Source: Escherichia phage PhiNW-E1. Taken from it: a DNA stretch of 45,197 bases. The translations under genes and the position numbers were made by a program. Numbering within the stretch: position 1 is the stretch's first letter; every line of letters starts with the position of its first letter. Shown piece by piece: positions 1-8,113 of this stretch. The notes beneath the pieces were generated by a model. It saw only the letters and a program-made list of their open reading frames with translations, did no database searches and had not been told where the DNA came from. Where the stretch lies: the sequence record PQ476011.1; one strand, given 5' to 3'.

Positions 1-300
1 GTGAGCGTACACAATAAACATGCAGCTACGGAAGACGAGGTTGGCATTCTACATGGTGCTATTACCAAAATCTTTAATAAGAAAGCACAGGCAATACTGG
101 ACACTATAGAAGAAGACCCAGATGCAGCACTGCATTTAGTCTCTGGTAAAGACATTGGAGCTATGTGTAAGTGGGTTCTTGATAATGGTATTACCGCTAC
201 ACCCGCTGCACAGCAGGAAGAGTCCAAGTTATCTAAGCGCCTCAAGGCTATCCGAGAGGCATCCAGTGGTAAGATAATTCAATTCACTAAGGATGAGTAA
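1..300 (+). CDS. Terminase small subunit (T7 gp18-like); start may be the GTG at position 1 if the window is circularly closed
   Basis: 99-codon ORF ending TAA 298-300, directly upstream of the large terminase; C-terminal region resembles T7 gp18 from memory; GGAGGAGGA at 45186-45194 would serve as RBS for GTG at 1 across the junction. Confidence 0.55.
   Translation: MSVHNKHAATEDEVGILHGAITKIFNKKAQAILDTIEEDPDAALHLVSGKDIGAMCKWVLDNGITATPAAQQEESKLSKRLKAIREASSGKIIQFTKDE
92..114 (+). promoter_or_regulatory. Phage RNAP promoter-like sequence inside the small terminase ORF
   Basis: AATACTGGACACTATAGAAGAAG matches the recurrent 23-bp promoter consensus except at -16/-15. Confidence 0.4.
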
Positions 301-745
301 TATGTATAGATGGTATGAATCTCAAGGTTATACCATCTTACCTTCAGGTGTCATCCTTTCCAAGGGTGGCACACCTCTCAAACCTTTTAAGGCGGGTAGT
401 GGTTATTTAGCAGTTAAGCTTAAAAACAAAGAAGGTAAATGGCGTAACGTCTATGTACATCAATTAGTGGCTTATAAGTATTTACCTAAAACAGGTAATG
501 AAATAAATCACAAAGACGGTAATAAGCACAATAATAATGTTAGTAACTTAGAGTGGGTAACAAGAAGTGAAAATAATTATTTAAAATGCAATGGAAATGA
601 TAGGAGTGCCTTAAATAAATACTTAGCAGTATTAAAGGATTGCTTCTTGCAAGGTAAGAGTATAGCAGAAACAGCTAGACTTACTGGTAAAAGTGAACCG
701 AGAGTTTCTTCTATCTTTAAGGAGTGGCGAAATGGCAAAGGCTAG
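293..745 (+). CDS. HNH homing endonuclease (free-standing, between terminase subunit genes)
   Basis: 150 aa; HNH motif region VHQLVAYKY...NHKDGNKHNNNVSNLEWVTRSEN; C-terminal HTH-like segment; paralog of ORF 15186-15602. Confidence 0.75.
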   Translation: MSNMYRWYESQGYTILPSGVILSKGGTPLKPFKAGSGYLAVKLKNKEGKWRNVYVHQLVAYKYLPKTGNEINHKDGNKHNNNVSNLEWVTRSENNYLKCNGNDRSALNKYLAVLKDCFLQGKSIAETARLTGKSEPRVSSIFKEWRNGKG

Positions 746-1898
746 AGAATCACAGGCAGAAGCATTAAAGAGGTGGGAAAACCTTAAGGAGCTGCAAGAC
801 ACTTTTAAATATACAGCGGAAGGTTTGCTTCTCTTTGCAGATACAGTTATTCATAACTTAATTGCAGGCAACCCCCATCTGATTCGTATGCAGGCGGATA
901 TCTTGAAGTTCCTATTTTACGGACACAAGTACCGCCTCATCGAAGCGCCCCGTGGTATCGCTAAGACAACACTATCAGCAATCTATACGGTATTCCGTAT
1001 TATTCATGAACCGCATAAGCGTATCATGGTTGTGTCCCAAAACGCCAAGCGAGCAGAGGAAATCGCAGGTTGGGTAGTTAAAATCTTCCGTGGCTTAGAC
1101 TTTCTTGAGTTTATGCTGCCGGATATCTACGCTGGGGACCGTGCATCCGTTAAGGCGTTTGAGATTCATTACACCCTACGTGGCAGTGACAAGTCGCCTT
1201 CTGTGTCTTGTTACTCAATCGAAGCAGGTATGCAGGGTGCGCGTGCAGATATCATCCTAGCAGATGACGTTGAGTCAATGCAGAATGCTCGTACAGCGGC
1301 AGGACGTGCCTTGCTTGAGGAACTGACCAAGGAGTTTGAATCTATTAACCAGTTTGGTGATATTATCTACCTTGGTACTCCTCAGAACGTAAACTCTATC
1401 TACAATAACCTACCTGCTCGTGGTTACTCTGTTCGTATCTGGACTGCACGTTATCCCTCAGTGGAGCAGGAGCAATGCTATGGTGACTTCCTTGCACCTA
1501 TGATTGTGCAGGATATGAAGGACAACCCCGCACTTCGCTCAGGGTACGGGTTGGATGGTAATAGTGGTGCACCTTGTGCCCCTGAAATGTATGATGATGA
1601 AGTCCTGATTGAGAAGGAAATCTCGCAGGGTGCGGCTAAGTTCCAGCTTCAGTTCATGCTTAACACTCGCATGATGGATGCTGACCGCTATCCGCTACGC
1701 CTGAACAACCTCATCTTCACTTCATTCGGTACAGAGGAAGTCCCTGTGATGCCTACATGGAGCAACGACTCTATTAACATCATTGGCGATGCACCGAAGT
1801 ATGGCAATAAGCCTACAGACTTTATGTATCGCCCTGTGGCCCGACCGTATGAATGGGGCGCTGTCACCCGTAAAATTATGTACATTGACCCCGCTGGT
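732..1898 (+). CDS. Terminase large subunit, exon 1 (ATPase domain through ...KIMYIDPAG)
   Basis: RBS TTAAGGAGTG 718-727 then ATG 732; ORF runs to a stop at 1947-1949 but homology to T7 gp19 stops near YIDPAG; exon end at T1898 inferred from P1 pairing GCTGGT(1893-1898)/GCCAGC(1909-1914). Confidence 0.75.
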
Positions 1899-2644
1899 AA
1901 ACACCTCTGCCAGCGTAAAACCCTCTTAATTCGGTGGAACTCTCACTGAGACAATACCGAGCGAAGCCTGTTGCAATAACAGGAACGTGTAGAGACTAAC
2001 TGTAAGGCCAAGCGGTCTGAAACAGAGGGAGGCGCAAGCCTAAGATATAGTCCGACCTACTAGGTGACTAGTAGAAGTTAAAGTAGCGAATTAACGTAAC
2101 AATTGAAGGGAGTTAAATATGACAGAGCATAAAGTTTATCATATTCGTGTTGTTGGTGAAACTGATGTAATGCAAGGTTATATTGGTGTAACCTCCGATA
2201 TTAAGAAGCGTATGAGAGAGCACAAGTGTGCAGGCCGTCTTTGTGATGGCCGCGAGTACGTTATCTTATTCACTGGTAGCAAAGAAGAGTGTTATGCACT
2301 AGAAGAGAAGCTACGCCCACATGACAACATGTGTTGGAATAAGGGTAAAGGTGGTTATCGCAAAGCAGGTAACATCGAGAAAGGTGAACGCATAAGTATT
2401 GCCACTGAAATCAAGAAAGGACAGCACTTGTCTGTTGCCACTGAGTTCAAGAAAGGCATGACACCTTACAACAAAGGTACTGGCAAAGATTACATATTCA
2501 CTTCTCCAGATGGTGAAGAGTTTCTTGTAACTTGCATTACTGACTTCTGTAAAGAGCACAACCTAACACCTCAGAATATGCGTAAGGTGGCACGTGGTTT
2601 ACGTAAACACCACAAGGGTTGGCTCGCACGTCACGTTCAAACCG
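1899..2644 (+). mobile_element. Group I intron (IA-like core) carrying a homing endonuclease ORF
   Basis: P-like AATTCGGTGGAA 1928-1939; Q-like AATACCGAGC 1953-1962; R-like GTGTAGAGACTAAC 1987-2000; S AAGATATAGTCC 2041-2052; P3 CCCTCT 1921-1926 with AGAGGG 2024-2029; P7 GACTA/TAGTC; omega G at 2644; P10 CCTCT 1904-1908 with GGAGG 2645-2649. Confidence 0.7.
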
Positions 2645-2652
2645 GGAGGTAA
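2119..2652 (+). CDS. GIY-YIG homing endonuclease with NUMOD-like repeats, intron-encoded
   Basis: 177 aa; N-terminal KVYHIRVV...GYIGVT (GIY-YIG-like); repeated IATEIKKGQH / VATEFKKGMTPYNKG segments; RBS AGGGA 2106-2110; stop TAA 2650-2652 lies 8 nt into exon 2. Confidence 0.7.
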   Translation: MTEHKVYHIRVVGETDVMQGYIGVTSDIKKRMREHKCAGRLCDGREYVILFTGSKEECYALEEKLRPHDNMCWNKGKGGYRKAGNIEKGERISIATEIKKGQHLSVATEFKKGMTPYNKGTGKDYIFTSPDGEEFLVTCITDFCKEHNLTPQNMRKVARGLRKHHKGWLARHVQTGR

Positions 2653-3376
2653 GAATGGGGATGAAACGGGTGTGGCTATCGTCTTCCTGCACGGCACATT
2701 CATTTACGTGTATCAGTGCTTCGGTGTGCCAGGCGGATACCGTGAATCGTCCCTGAATCGCATTGTGCAGGCCGCAAAGCAGGCGGGTGTTAAAGAGGTA
2801 TTCATTGAGAAGAACTTTGGTCATGGCGCGTTTGAGGCCGTTATAAAGCCATACTTTGAACGAGAGTGGCCTGTAACTCTGGAAGAGGATTACGCCACAG
2901 GACAGAAAGAGTTGCGTATCATTGAGACGCTGGAGCCACTCATGGCGGCGCACAGGCTCATCTTCAATGCCGAGATGGTCAAGTCTGACCTTGAGTCAGT
3001 ACAGCACTATCCACTTGAACTACGCATGTCCTACAGTCTTTTCAATCAAATGTCGAACATCACGATTGAGAAGAACAGCCTCCGGCACGATGACCGCCTA
3101 GACGCCCTGTATGGCGCTATACGGCAATTAACTTCTCAGATAGACTATGACGAGGTTACACGGATTAATCGCCTCAGAGCGCAGGAGATGCGCGATTACA
3201 TCCATGCTATGAATACACCTCATCTACGCAGGGCAATGCTATATGGAGATTACGGTACTGAGCGAAGAGTGACCAACACTTCCGTAGCGATGCAGCAGCG
3301 AGTTTACGGGCAGAACTACCGAAATAAATCGGCAAGCAGAAATACACTTTCTGCAAGGATTTCAAGGACTTATTAA
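2645..3376 (+). CDS. Terminase large subunit, exon 2 (nuclease domain, begins GGKNGDETGVAIV)
   Basis: Frame continues from exon 1 when 1899-2644 is removed, giving ...YIDPAG|GGKNGDETG..., comparable to the T7 gp19 segment DPSGRGKDETG as I recall it; the ORF-track Met at 2594 is intronic. Confidence 0.75.
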   Translation, partial: GGKNGDETGVAIVFLHGTFIYVYQCFGVPGGYRESSLNRIVQAAKQAGVKEVFIEKNFGHGAFEAVIKPYFEREWPVTLEEDYATGQKELRIIETLEPLMAAHRLIFNAEMVKSDLESVQHYPLELRMSYSLFNQMSNITIEKNSLRHDDRLDALYGAIRQLTSQIDYDEVTRINRLRAQEMRDYIHAMNTPHLRRAMLYGDYGTERRVTNTSVAMQQRVYGQNYRNKSASRNTLSARISRTY

Positions 3377-3397
3377 TTACTGGACACTATAGAAGGA
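3375..3397 (+). promoter_or_regulatory. Phage RNAP promoter
   Basis: AATTACTGGACACTATAGAAGGA; predicted +1 G at 3392; overlaps terL stop codon. Confidence 0.7.
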
Positions 3398-3537
3398 AGG
3401 CCAAGATAATAAGATAAAATAATAGGTAATATATAGGTTAACCTAGGTTATATAGGTATGCCTTAGTATGGGTGTACTCCTGTACACCCTATTCCTTACT
3501 ACCTTACTATATTTACATAATAGGAGAGAGAGAGACA

Positions 3538-3813
3538 ATGGCTAATGATTATAGTAGTCAACCATTAACAGGTAAGTCTAAGAGAAAGCAGGTACAACCT
3601 GTAAGTGAAGAACTAATGCTTCCGGTAATCCCAAAAGAGGCAGCTAGTAAGAAAAGCAATGTTATTAATGATGCCACCAAATCAGGTAAACAGAAAGGGG
3701 CCATGGTATGCCTTGAAGTGGACGGTGCATTGAAGATTGCTATCGCTGTTGATGGCAAAGAAGATTCAGAGTGGAAGTTAGTGACAGGGGAACTCCCTGT
3801 TACCCCAGTTTAA
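3538..3813 (+). CDS. Hypothetical protein, paralog A of a tandem pair
   Basis: RBS AGGAGAGAGAGAGACA then ATG 3538; shares SGKQKGAMV-LE-D...IA-A motif with ORF 3832-4122. Confidence 0.6.
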   Translation: MANDYSSQPLTGKSKRKQVQPVSEELMLPVIPKEAASKKSNVINDATKSGKQKGAMVCLEVDGALKIAIAVDGKEDSEWKLVTGELPVTPV

Positions 3814-3831
3814 GAGAAGGAGGAAGATTAC

Positions 3832-4122
3832 ATGGCTAAATATGGTACTACAGGTTCTGTTACTGGTCAGGCTTTTCGAGTAAAAACAGTACAAACTATT
3901 GCAACGGCAATCCCTATGCCTGTTGTTAAAGAAGCAGACCTTAAGAGTAAAGATCACCCTATCAACATCAAACACCTGTCAGGTAAGCAGAAAGGTGCAA
4001 TGGTTGCTCTTGAGAAGGATGACACAACCTTACATATTGCTGTTGCACGTGGTAGTGAACCCACAGACCCTTGGGATGTAACTGGTATGGAAGAGGAAGC
4101 TGTTACTCCAGCAGAGGTATAA
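3832..4122 (+). CDS. Hypothetical protein, paralog B of a tandem pair
   Basis: RBS GAGAAGGAGGAAG then ATG 3832; SGKQKGAMVALEKDDTTLHIAVA motif. Confidence 0.6.
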   Translation: MAKYGTTGSVTGQAFRVKTVQTIATAIPMPVVKEADLKSKDHPINIKHLSGKQKGAMVALEKDDTTLHIAVARGSEPTDPWDVTGMEEEAVTPAEV

Positions 4123-4124
4123 TA

Positions 4125-4469
4125 ATGCTTAATAAATACTTCAAGCGTAAAGAGTTTGCTTGCCGTTGTGGCTGCGGTACATCCACTGTTGATGCTGAAT
4201 TACTACAGGTAGTAACAGATGTGCGTGAGCGCTTTGGTTCTCCTGTAGTTATCACTTCGGGGCATCGCTGTGCTAAGCACAATGCTAATGTAGGAGGAGC
4301 TAAGAGCTCCATGCATCTTACTGGTAAGGCTGCTGACATTAAGGTACGAGGCATCTTACCTTCTGATGTACATAAGTATCTTACTGATAAGTACCAAGGC
4401 AAATATGGGATTGGTAAGTATAACTCCTTTACTCATATTGATGTACGTGACGGGTGTGCACGATGGTAG
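4125..4469 (+). CDS. Endolysin, peptidase M15-type (VanY / L-Ala-D-Glu peptidase-like)
   Basis: 114 aa; SGHRCAKHNANVGG...SMHLTGKAADI...H zinc-peptidase pattern; RBS GAGG 4113-4116. Confidence 0.7.
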   Translation: MLNKYFKRKEFACRCGCGTSTVDAELLQVVTDVRERFGSPVVITSGHRCAKHNANVGGAKSSMHLTGKAADIKVRGILPSDVHKYLTDKYQGKYGIGKYNSFTHIDVRDGCARW

Positions 4470-4577
4470 GTTGTGTTGCATGGTGTGAACGCATGGTTGC
4501 TAAGGCTTCAGAGGAAGGCAACTATGAAGATTGGCAGAACTACTCAACTTTATTAGCTCAATGGAAAGGGAGATGCA

Positions 4578-4727
4578 ATGAAAAAGCTGTTCAAATCTAA
4601 GAAGGTTGTAGGCGCACTAGTTGCATTGGCAATTGCTCTTGTTTCTGTAGGTCTTGGTGTAGACCTTGGCTCTGGCACGGAATCCTCTGTGACAGATGTG
4701 GTATGCCAAGTAATCACCTGTGAATAA
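4578..4727 (+). CDS. Small single-pass membrane protein (lysis-associated, function unknown)
   Basis: 49 aa, hand-translated; hydrophobic core VVGALVALAIALVSVGLGV; RBS AAGGGA 4565-4570. Confidence 0.45.
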   Translation: MKKLFKSKKVVGALVALAIALVSVGLGVDLGSGTESSVTDVVCQVITCE

Positions 4728-4941
4728 GGTGCTTGAGGTGGTGGCAGGTCTTATTGGCCTGCTGCTTGCCGCTAAGAAGAAGAAGGAAGAGAAGGAGGTA
4801 CAAAGTGAGGCGAATCATGCTAGCGACAATCCTGCTGATTGGTTCGCTGATCACTTCAGGGTGTCAGACGGCGTTACCAGAGAATCCAAAGGTGAAACCT
4901 CTGAAGCCGACGCTTACGGCAGTCTACGAGGTGGACGATAG
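4720..4941 (+). CDS. Putative i-spanin-like protein (N-terminal TMD, GTG start)
   Basis: 73 aa; N-terminal hydrophobic segment then charged region; overlaps the embedded lipoprotein ORF in another frame as in Rz/Rz1 pairs; short for an Rz homolog. Confidence 0.3.
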   Translation: MNKVLEVVAGLIGLLLAAKKKKEEKEVQSEANHASDNPADWFADHFRVSDGVTRESKGETSEADAYGSLRGGR

Positions 4942-5014
4942 AGTCTGCTTCAGTAAACCTGACGCTACAAAATTGGGTCTGTACATTCTCTCGCTAGAAC
5001 GCGGATATAATTAA
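4817..5014 (+). CDS. Putative o-spanin-like lipoprotein
   Basis: 65 aa from ATG 4817 (RBS GAGG 4806-4809); signal peptide with lipobox LITSGC; proline-rich mature region. Confidence 0.45.
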   Translation: MLATILLIGSLITSGCQTALPENPKVKPLKPTLTAVYEVDDRVCFSKPDATKLGLYILSLERGYN

Positions 5015-5043
5015 TACATAGTTTTATGTATCAGTGTCTTACG

Positions 5044-5066
5044 ATTTACTGGACACTATAGAAGAG
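5044..5066 (+). promoter_or_regulatory. Phage RNAP promoter
   Basis: GATTTACTGGACACTATAGAAGAG; +1 G at 5061. Confidence 0.7.
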
Positions 5067-5145
5067 ATGAGATAGTGCCGTTCTTTTGAGCGGCCTATTA
5101 CTAGCCAATCTTCATAGGGAGGGTTGGGAAGTAATAGGAGAGTAT

Positions 5146-5481
5146 ATGGCTAAGTTAACTAAACCCAAGACAACGGGCTTACTACATAGAGATACTGTAC
5201 TAGCTAACTTATTAGATAATTTACTATCTAAAAGGCGTGTTACATTTGAAGGTGTAGCCCCAAGTGAAGATACTAAAATTGAGATAGAAGTACCTGTAAC
5301 AGGAGACTTAGATTCTTCGTGGGCATCAATTGTATCATTAAGTACACCTGCACTTTGTACAGCTTGGATCACTAAACTGTCAGATACTACTTTAGAGATT
5401 CATGTCTTTCATACAGCACAAGTAGAAATAGACATAGAGGTAGATGTTTACGTTCTAGGTAAGCACACTGTCAGTGCGTAA
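5146..5481 (+). CDS. Hypothetical 111-aa protein upstream of the tailspike
   Basis: RBS AGGAGAG 5137-5143 then ATG 5146; same position and size as the short ORF reported upstream of the endosialidase in K1E-type phages (from memory). Confidence 0.55.
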   Translation: MAKLTKPKTTGLLHRDTVLANLLDNLLSKRRVTFEGVAPSEDTKIEIEVPVTGDLDSSWASIVSLSTPALCTAWITKLSDTTLEIHVFHTAQVEIDIEVDVYVLGKHTVSA

Positions 5482-5548
5482 GCACTGCTTTTCGCGCAAC
5501 TTTTCTTAAAGGTTATCATGATGGTAGCCTTTCAGAAAAGGAGGTTAC

Positions 5549-7984
5549 ATGATTCAAAGACTAGGTTCTTCATTAGTTAAATTCAAGAGTAAAATAGCAG
5601 GTGCAATCTGGCGTAACTTGGATGACAAGCTCACCGAGGTTGTATCGCTTAAAGATTTTGGAGCCAAAGGTGATGGTAAGACAAACGACCAAGATGCAGT
5701 AAATGCAGCGATGGCTTCAGGTAAGAGAATTGACGGTGCTGGTGCTACTTACAAAGTATCATCTTTACCTGATATGGAGCGATTCTATAACACCCGCTTC
5801 GTATGGGAACGTTTAGCAGGTCAACCTCTTTACTATGTGAGTAAAGGTTTTATCAATGGTGAACTCTATAAAATCACGGATAACCCTTATTACAATGCTT
5901 GGCCTCAAGACAAGGCGTTTGTATATGAGAATGTGATATATGCACCCTACATGGGTAGCGACCGTCATGGTGTTAGTCGTCTGCATGTATCATGGGTTAA
6001 GTCTGGTGACGATGGTCAAACATGGTCTACTCCAGAGTGGCTAACTGATCTGCATCCAGATTACCCTACAGTGAACTATCATTGTATGAGTATGGGTGTA
6101 TGTCGCAACCGTCTGTTTGCCATGATTGAAACACGTACTTTAGCCAAGAACGCACTAACCAATTGTGCATTGTGGGATCGCCCTATGTCTCGTAGTCTGC
6201 ATCTTACTGGTGGTATCACTAAGGCTGCAAATCAGAAATATGCAACAATCCATGTACCTGATCACGGACTATTCGTGGGCGATTTTGTTAACTTCTCTAA
6301 TTCTGCGGTAACAGGTGTATCAGGTGATATGACTGTTGCAACGGTAATAGATAAGGACAACTTCACGGTTCTTACACCTAACCAGCAGACTTCAGATTTG
6401 AATAACGCTGGAAAGAGTTGGCACATGGGTACTTCTTTCCATAAGTCTCCATGGCGTAAGACAGATCTTGGTCTAATCCCTAGTGTCACAGAGGTGCATA
6501 GCTTTGCTACTATTGATAACAATGGCTTTGTTATGGGCTATCATCAAGGTGATGTAGCTCCACGAGAAGTTGGTCTTTTCTACTTCCCTGATGCTTTCAA
6601 TAGCCCATCTAATTATGTTCGTCGTCAGATACCAGCTGAGTATGAACCAGATGCGGCAGAGCCATGCATCAAGTACTATGACGGTGTATTATACCTTATC
6701 ACTCGTGGTACTCGTGGCGACCAACTAGGAAGCTCTTTGCATCGTAGTAGAGATATAGGTCAGACTTGGGAGTCACTTAGATTTCCACATAATGTTCATC
6801 ATACTACCTTACCTTTTGCTAAAGTAGGAGATGACCTTATTATGTTTGGTTCAGAACGTGCAGAAAATGAATGGGAAGCAGGTGCACCAGATGATCGTTA
6901 CAAGGCATCTTATCCTCGTACCTTCTATGCACGATTGAATGTAAACAATTGGAATGCAGATGATATTGAATGGGTTAACATCACAGACCAAATCTATCAA
7001 GGTGACATTGTGAACTCTAGTGTAGGTGTAGGTTCTGTTGTAGTTAAAGACAGCTACATTTACTATATCTTTGGTGGTGAAAACCATTTCAACCCAATGA
7101 CTTATGGTGACAACACAGATAAAGACCCATTTAAAGGTCATGGACACCCTACTGATATATACTGCTATAAGATGCAGATTGCAAATGACAATCGTGTATC
7201 TCGTAAGTTTACATATGGTGCAACTCCTGGTCAGGCTATACCTACTTTCATGGGTACTGATGGAATACGAAATATCCCTGCACCTTTGTATTTCTCAGAT
7301 AACATTGTTACAGAGGATACTAAAGTTGGACACTTAACACTTAAAGCAAGCACAAGTTCCAATATACGATCTGAAGTGCAGATGGAAGGTGAATATGGCT
7401 TTATTGGCAAGTCTGTTCCAAAGGACAACCCAACTGGTCAACGTTTGATTATTTGTGGTGGAGAAAAGACTTCGTCATCTTCAGGTGCACAGATAACTTT
7501 GCACGGCTCTAATTCAAGTAATGCTAAGCGTATCACTTATAACGGAAATGAGCACCTATTCCAAGGTGCACCAATCATGCCTGCTGTAGATAACCAGTTT
7601 GCTGCTGGTGGACCTAGTAACCGATTCACTACCATCTACATAGGTAGTGACCCTGTTACAACTTCAGATGCTGACCACAAGTACGGTATCTCTGGTATTA
7701 ATACCAAGGTGTTAAAGGCTTGGAGCGGGGTTGGTTTTAAACAGTATGGTTTGAATAGTGAAGCAGAGAGGAACCTTGATAGCATACACTTCGGTGTCTT
7801 GGCTCAGGATATTGTAGCTGCTTTTGAAGCTGAAGGGTTAGATGCCATTAAGTATGGAATTGTGTCCTTCGAAGAAGGTAGGTACGGTGTGAGATATAGT
7901 GAAGTTCTAATCCTAGAGGCTGCCTATACTCGCCATCGTCTTGATAAATTAGAGGAGATGCATGCCACTAATAAAATCAGTTAA
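5549..7984 (+). CDS. Tailspike, endo-N-acetylneuraminidase (endosialidase) type with C-terminal chaperone-like region
   Basis: 811 aa; RBS AAAAGGAGG; lacks a T7 gp17-like N-terminal adaptor domain; length and overall sequence recall the K1E/K1-5 endosialidase (from memory, unverified). Confidence 0.75.
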   Translation: MIQRLGSSLVKFKSKIAGAIWRNLDDKLTEVVSLKDFGAKGDGKTNDQDAVNAAMASGKRIDGAGATYKVSSLPDMERFYNTRFVWERLAGQPLYYVSKGFINGELYKITDNPYYNAWPQDKAFVYENVIYAPYMGSDRHGVSRLHVSWVKSGDDGQTWSTPEWLTDLHPDYPTVNYHCMSMGVCRNRLFAMIETRTLAKNALTNCALWDRPMSRSLHLTGGITKAANQKYATIHVPDHGLFVGDFVNFSNSAVTGVSGDMTVATVIDKDNFTVLTPNQQTSDLNNAGKSWHMGTSFHKSPWRKTDLGLIPSVTEVHSFATIDNNGFVMGYHQGDVAPREVGLFYFPDAFNSPSNYVRRQIPAEYEPDAAEPCIKYYDGVLYLITRGTRGDQLGSSLHRSRDIGQTWESLRFPHNVHHTTLPFAKVGDDLIMFGSERAENEWEAGAPDDRYKASYPRTFYARLNVNNWNADDIEWVNITDQIYQGDIVNSSVGVGSVVVKDSYIYYIFGGENHFNPMTYGDNTDKDPFKGHGHPTDIYCYKMQIANDNRVSRKFTYGATPGQAIPTFMGTDGIRNIPAPLYFSDNIVTEDTKVGHLTLKASTSSNIRSEVQMEGEYGFIGKSVPKDNPTGQRLIICGGEKTSSSSGAQITLHGSNSSNAKRITYNGNEHLFQGAPIMPAVDNQFAAGGPSNRFTTIYIGSDPVTTSDADHKYGISGINTKVLKAWSGVGFKQYGLNSEAERNLDSIHFGVLAQDIVAAFEAEGLDAIKYGIVSFEEGRYGVRYSEVLILEAAYTRHRLDKLEEMHATNKIS

Positions 7985-8113
7985 GCAATCTGCTGTACGC
8001 CAGAACACAGAAGAACTTATTCAATCAGGACGTGACCCTAAGCAGGCATACGCCATTGCCAAGGATGTACAACGTCGTGCCATGAAGAAACCTTCTGCAT
8101 CTTCTGCGTAAGC

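Noticed and set aside
1899-2644. Intein as the explanation for the interrupted terminase
   Set aside because: The interruption ends exon 1 with an in-frame stop shortly after the junction and the endonuclease ORF is in a different frame with its own RBS; RNA-level group I core elements are present instead.
2594-2644. Met at 2594 as an independent start of a separate C-terminal terminase fragment
   Set aside because: No RBS upstream; the 17 codons before 2645 lie inside the intron 3' region and overlap the homing endonuclease ORF; homology begins exactly at the inferred 3' splice site.
7962-8111. 49-aa basic ORF overlapping the 3' end of the tailspike gene and extending into the terminal region
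   Set aside because: Could be a real small gene, but the start has a poorly spaced RBS and there is no second line of evidence; not reported as a feature.
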